Positions 62,165-64,000 of a stretch of DNA of 64,000 bases are shown here, piece after piece. The position numbers and the translations under genes were made by a program. Each line of letters opens with the position of its first letter. Position 1 is the stretch's first letter. The stretch comes from a virus (Duplodnaviria; Caudoviricetes). The notes beneath the pieces were generated by a model. The model saw only the letters and a list, made by a program, of their open reading frames with translations, ran no database searches and had not been told where the DNA came from. The stretch is from the IMG/VR virus record IMGVR_UViG_3300028903_000001, positions 55,896 to 119,895 of that record. One strand, 5' to 3'.

Positions 62165-62844
62165 GCTATAGCGATCTTAGCAAGTTCTCGATGCTGCTGG
62201 GAGTTATCCTGGGCGTATCGGCGCTTGCCGTTGCGGTCATGGAGCCGCCAAAGCGACCCGGTGTCGAGCCTCCCACAGAGCCGCCTATCGAGCCCAAGAA
62301 GCTCCCTTTGCTCCGGGACGGGGATAGGGTCGTGCTTGCCGGTGACAGCCTCGCCGTCGGCCTGACAGGTCCGCTCGGATACCTGCTCAGGGAGGATGGC
62401 TACGAGTTCCGCAGCGTCGCGGTGGGCGGCACCAACATCACGCAATGGTCTAGACCGAAAACAACCGCTTTCAAGAAAATCGTAGGCACCGACATCATCC
62501 TCGAGTCCCGGCCTACGCTGGTCCTTCTCAGTCTGGGGACCAACGACGGTGCGATGACGACGAAGATGCTTGAGGCAGAGGAGGCCGCGCTTCGCGAGTT
62601 GATCCAGGTCATCCTGGACAGCGGCGCGAGACTGGTATGGATCCTTCCGCTCGCCTCGATTCAGGTGCCGAACCTGGACAGGGCCAGGTACATGATCGTT
62701 GAGAACATGGGAGGGAGACGAGATGGATACGTCTATGCGTGTCAAGTCGATGTTCCCCTTTCACCCGACAAGATCCACCCAACCGGCTCTGGCTACAAGA
62801 TCTGGTCCGCAGACCTCTATCGCTATATGATTACCCCAAGGTAG
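62161..62844 (+). CDS. SGNH/GDSL hydrolase with N-terminal TM segment
   Basis: GDSL, LGTND, DKIHP. Confidence 0.88.
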   Translation: MSYSDLSKFSMLLGVILGVSALAVAVMEPPKRPGVEPPTEPPIEPKKLPLLRDGDRVVLAGDSLAVGLTGPLGYLLREDGYEFRSVAVGGTNITQWSRPKTTAFKKIVGTDIILESRPTLVLLSLGTNDGAMTTKMLEAEEAALRELIQVILDSGARLVWILPLASIQVPNLDRARYMIVENMGGRRDGYVYACQVDVPLSPDKIHPTGSGYKIWSADLYRYMITPR

Positions 62845-64000
62845 TACGGAATCCTTTGGCTCTTCAAGACACGTATAGCCTTGCTAATACGCTTCCAGCG
62901 ACGTGTTCTTTCCTTCCCAAGCCTCCTTCGCTGCCGCAAAGGAAGTGGACTCGGTAGGGGACGTTCGTAGATAAGATCACTTCGCTTCACGTCTCAATCC
63001 TCGATTACCCCGGCTCCCATGCGACTTGGGACACGCAGTCGATACTGACGTGGCCGGTCGCGCCACACTCGATACAGACAAGCTCAATGGTCAGTGGTGC
63101 CGGTGCGATGTTGGCGTGAACCGTATATCTCACATCGTGCCAGCCGCTGGAAGAGACTCTGCATCTCGAGTTGGCGTAGGTCGATTCGAAATCTGACGAG
63201 CTTAGCGTTCCGGTCCAGCCACATCTATCGCATACCACGCTTGGACAAGGCGAGCGACGCCAGACGAGGTCCACCTTGCCTGCCTGCTCACGAAAGCAGG
63301 TTCCGTTGCCGCAGTTGCACCGGATCCCGCCGCCTCTCGGACGCTTCGGCATGGGCGCATTCGCGCCGCACCGGGGGCATACCAGATCATCGACGAGCGG
63401 GTCTCCGGTACGCTTCCAGTACTTTACGCGACGCCTAGACATGCTAGCTCCCTGTCCACCATGATGCGCGATAGCTCTTTTCGGATCGCCACCTTGGCTC
63501 GATACGCAGGCATCTTACCATTGAGTTTTCCGCTTGGGTAAAGCACGTCGAGAAGCGATACGCGATATACCACGCAGACGCAGGCGCAAGCCTCGATGGC
63601 TCCAGGCACCCTTCGGAGCAACTGAGCCTTTTTGTCCTCAAGGTATCTGGAACAGTGGCAGTCGCGACACGTGATGGACCAGCCTCGCCCCTGCCGCTGC
63701 GTGACCACGGGCTCTATCGTAGAGCCGCAGTGGCGGCACTGAAACCCTCCCGGCCACACAGCGGCAACGATGCTCACGCCACGTCTCCCGCAAGCTTCTT
63801 TTCCGCCTCGTCGAAGATTTCGGCCAGGGTCGGCTCTGGCACCTCGTAGCGTAGCCTTTGAGCGCTCTTGACCCTGCTTGTGAGTCGAGAGGTTGACAGC
63901 GAACCAGCCGCCGAGGGGGCAGAGCGACATGATCCGCACATTGACCAGTTTGTTTGATACCTGGGCCTTGTAGATGGCCCCGATTCTGACCTCTTTCTTC

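Noticed and set aside
61021-62745. 574-aa minus-strand ORF and similar long antisense ORFs (e.g. 21095-22396, 59808-60896)
   Set aside because: Shadow frames of well-supported genes on the opposite strand in GC-rich DNA.
63626-63637. 12-nt match to the start of spacer 22878-22914 (AGGACAAAAAGG, minus strand)
   Set aside because: Short enough to arise by chance and does not extend.

Overview
This window is part of a large (>64 kb), GC-rich virus or provirus genome with densely packed genes. The host is plausibly Myxococcota, which is inference from a PHA-granule-type protein and an FmdB-type gene. The left part (1-19 kb) and far right encode putative virion or membrane proteins: a transglutaminase-like protein, a Q/P-rich protein, many TM-anchored proteins, two lytic transglycosylase-like enzymes, a GDSL hydrolase, pentapeptide proteins and a GP88-like protein. 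The right part (27-64 kb, minus strand) is a long early/replication block with a DEDDh exonuclease, DUF5131, DnaB, RusA, an N6A methyltransferase, an initiator with iteron-like repeats, an SF2 helicase, an AAA ATPase, a PD-(D/E)xK nuclease and ParB. The standout is a 20.7-26.7 kb module. It contains a Cas12m-like type V effector with its RuvC catalytic sites degenerated (V/D/F), two CRISPR arrays with the same 36-bp repeat and a duplicated 179-bp leader, an unknown 208-aa gene between the arrays, and an orphan half-repeat just upstream of the effector. An intact tyrosine recombinase, a lox-like site and a divergent stand-alone core-binding-domain gene adjoin the arrays. No cas1/cas2 is present. 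An IS607 element (tnpA with a nonsense codon, tnpB with intact DED motifs) lies 1 kb from the effector, and a tRNA-Arg(CCT) lies about 1.1 kb from the recombinase. All assignments come from motif reading by eye; no database searches were run.
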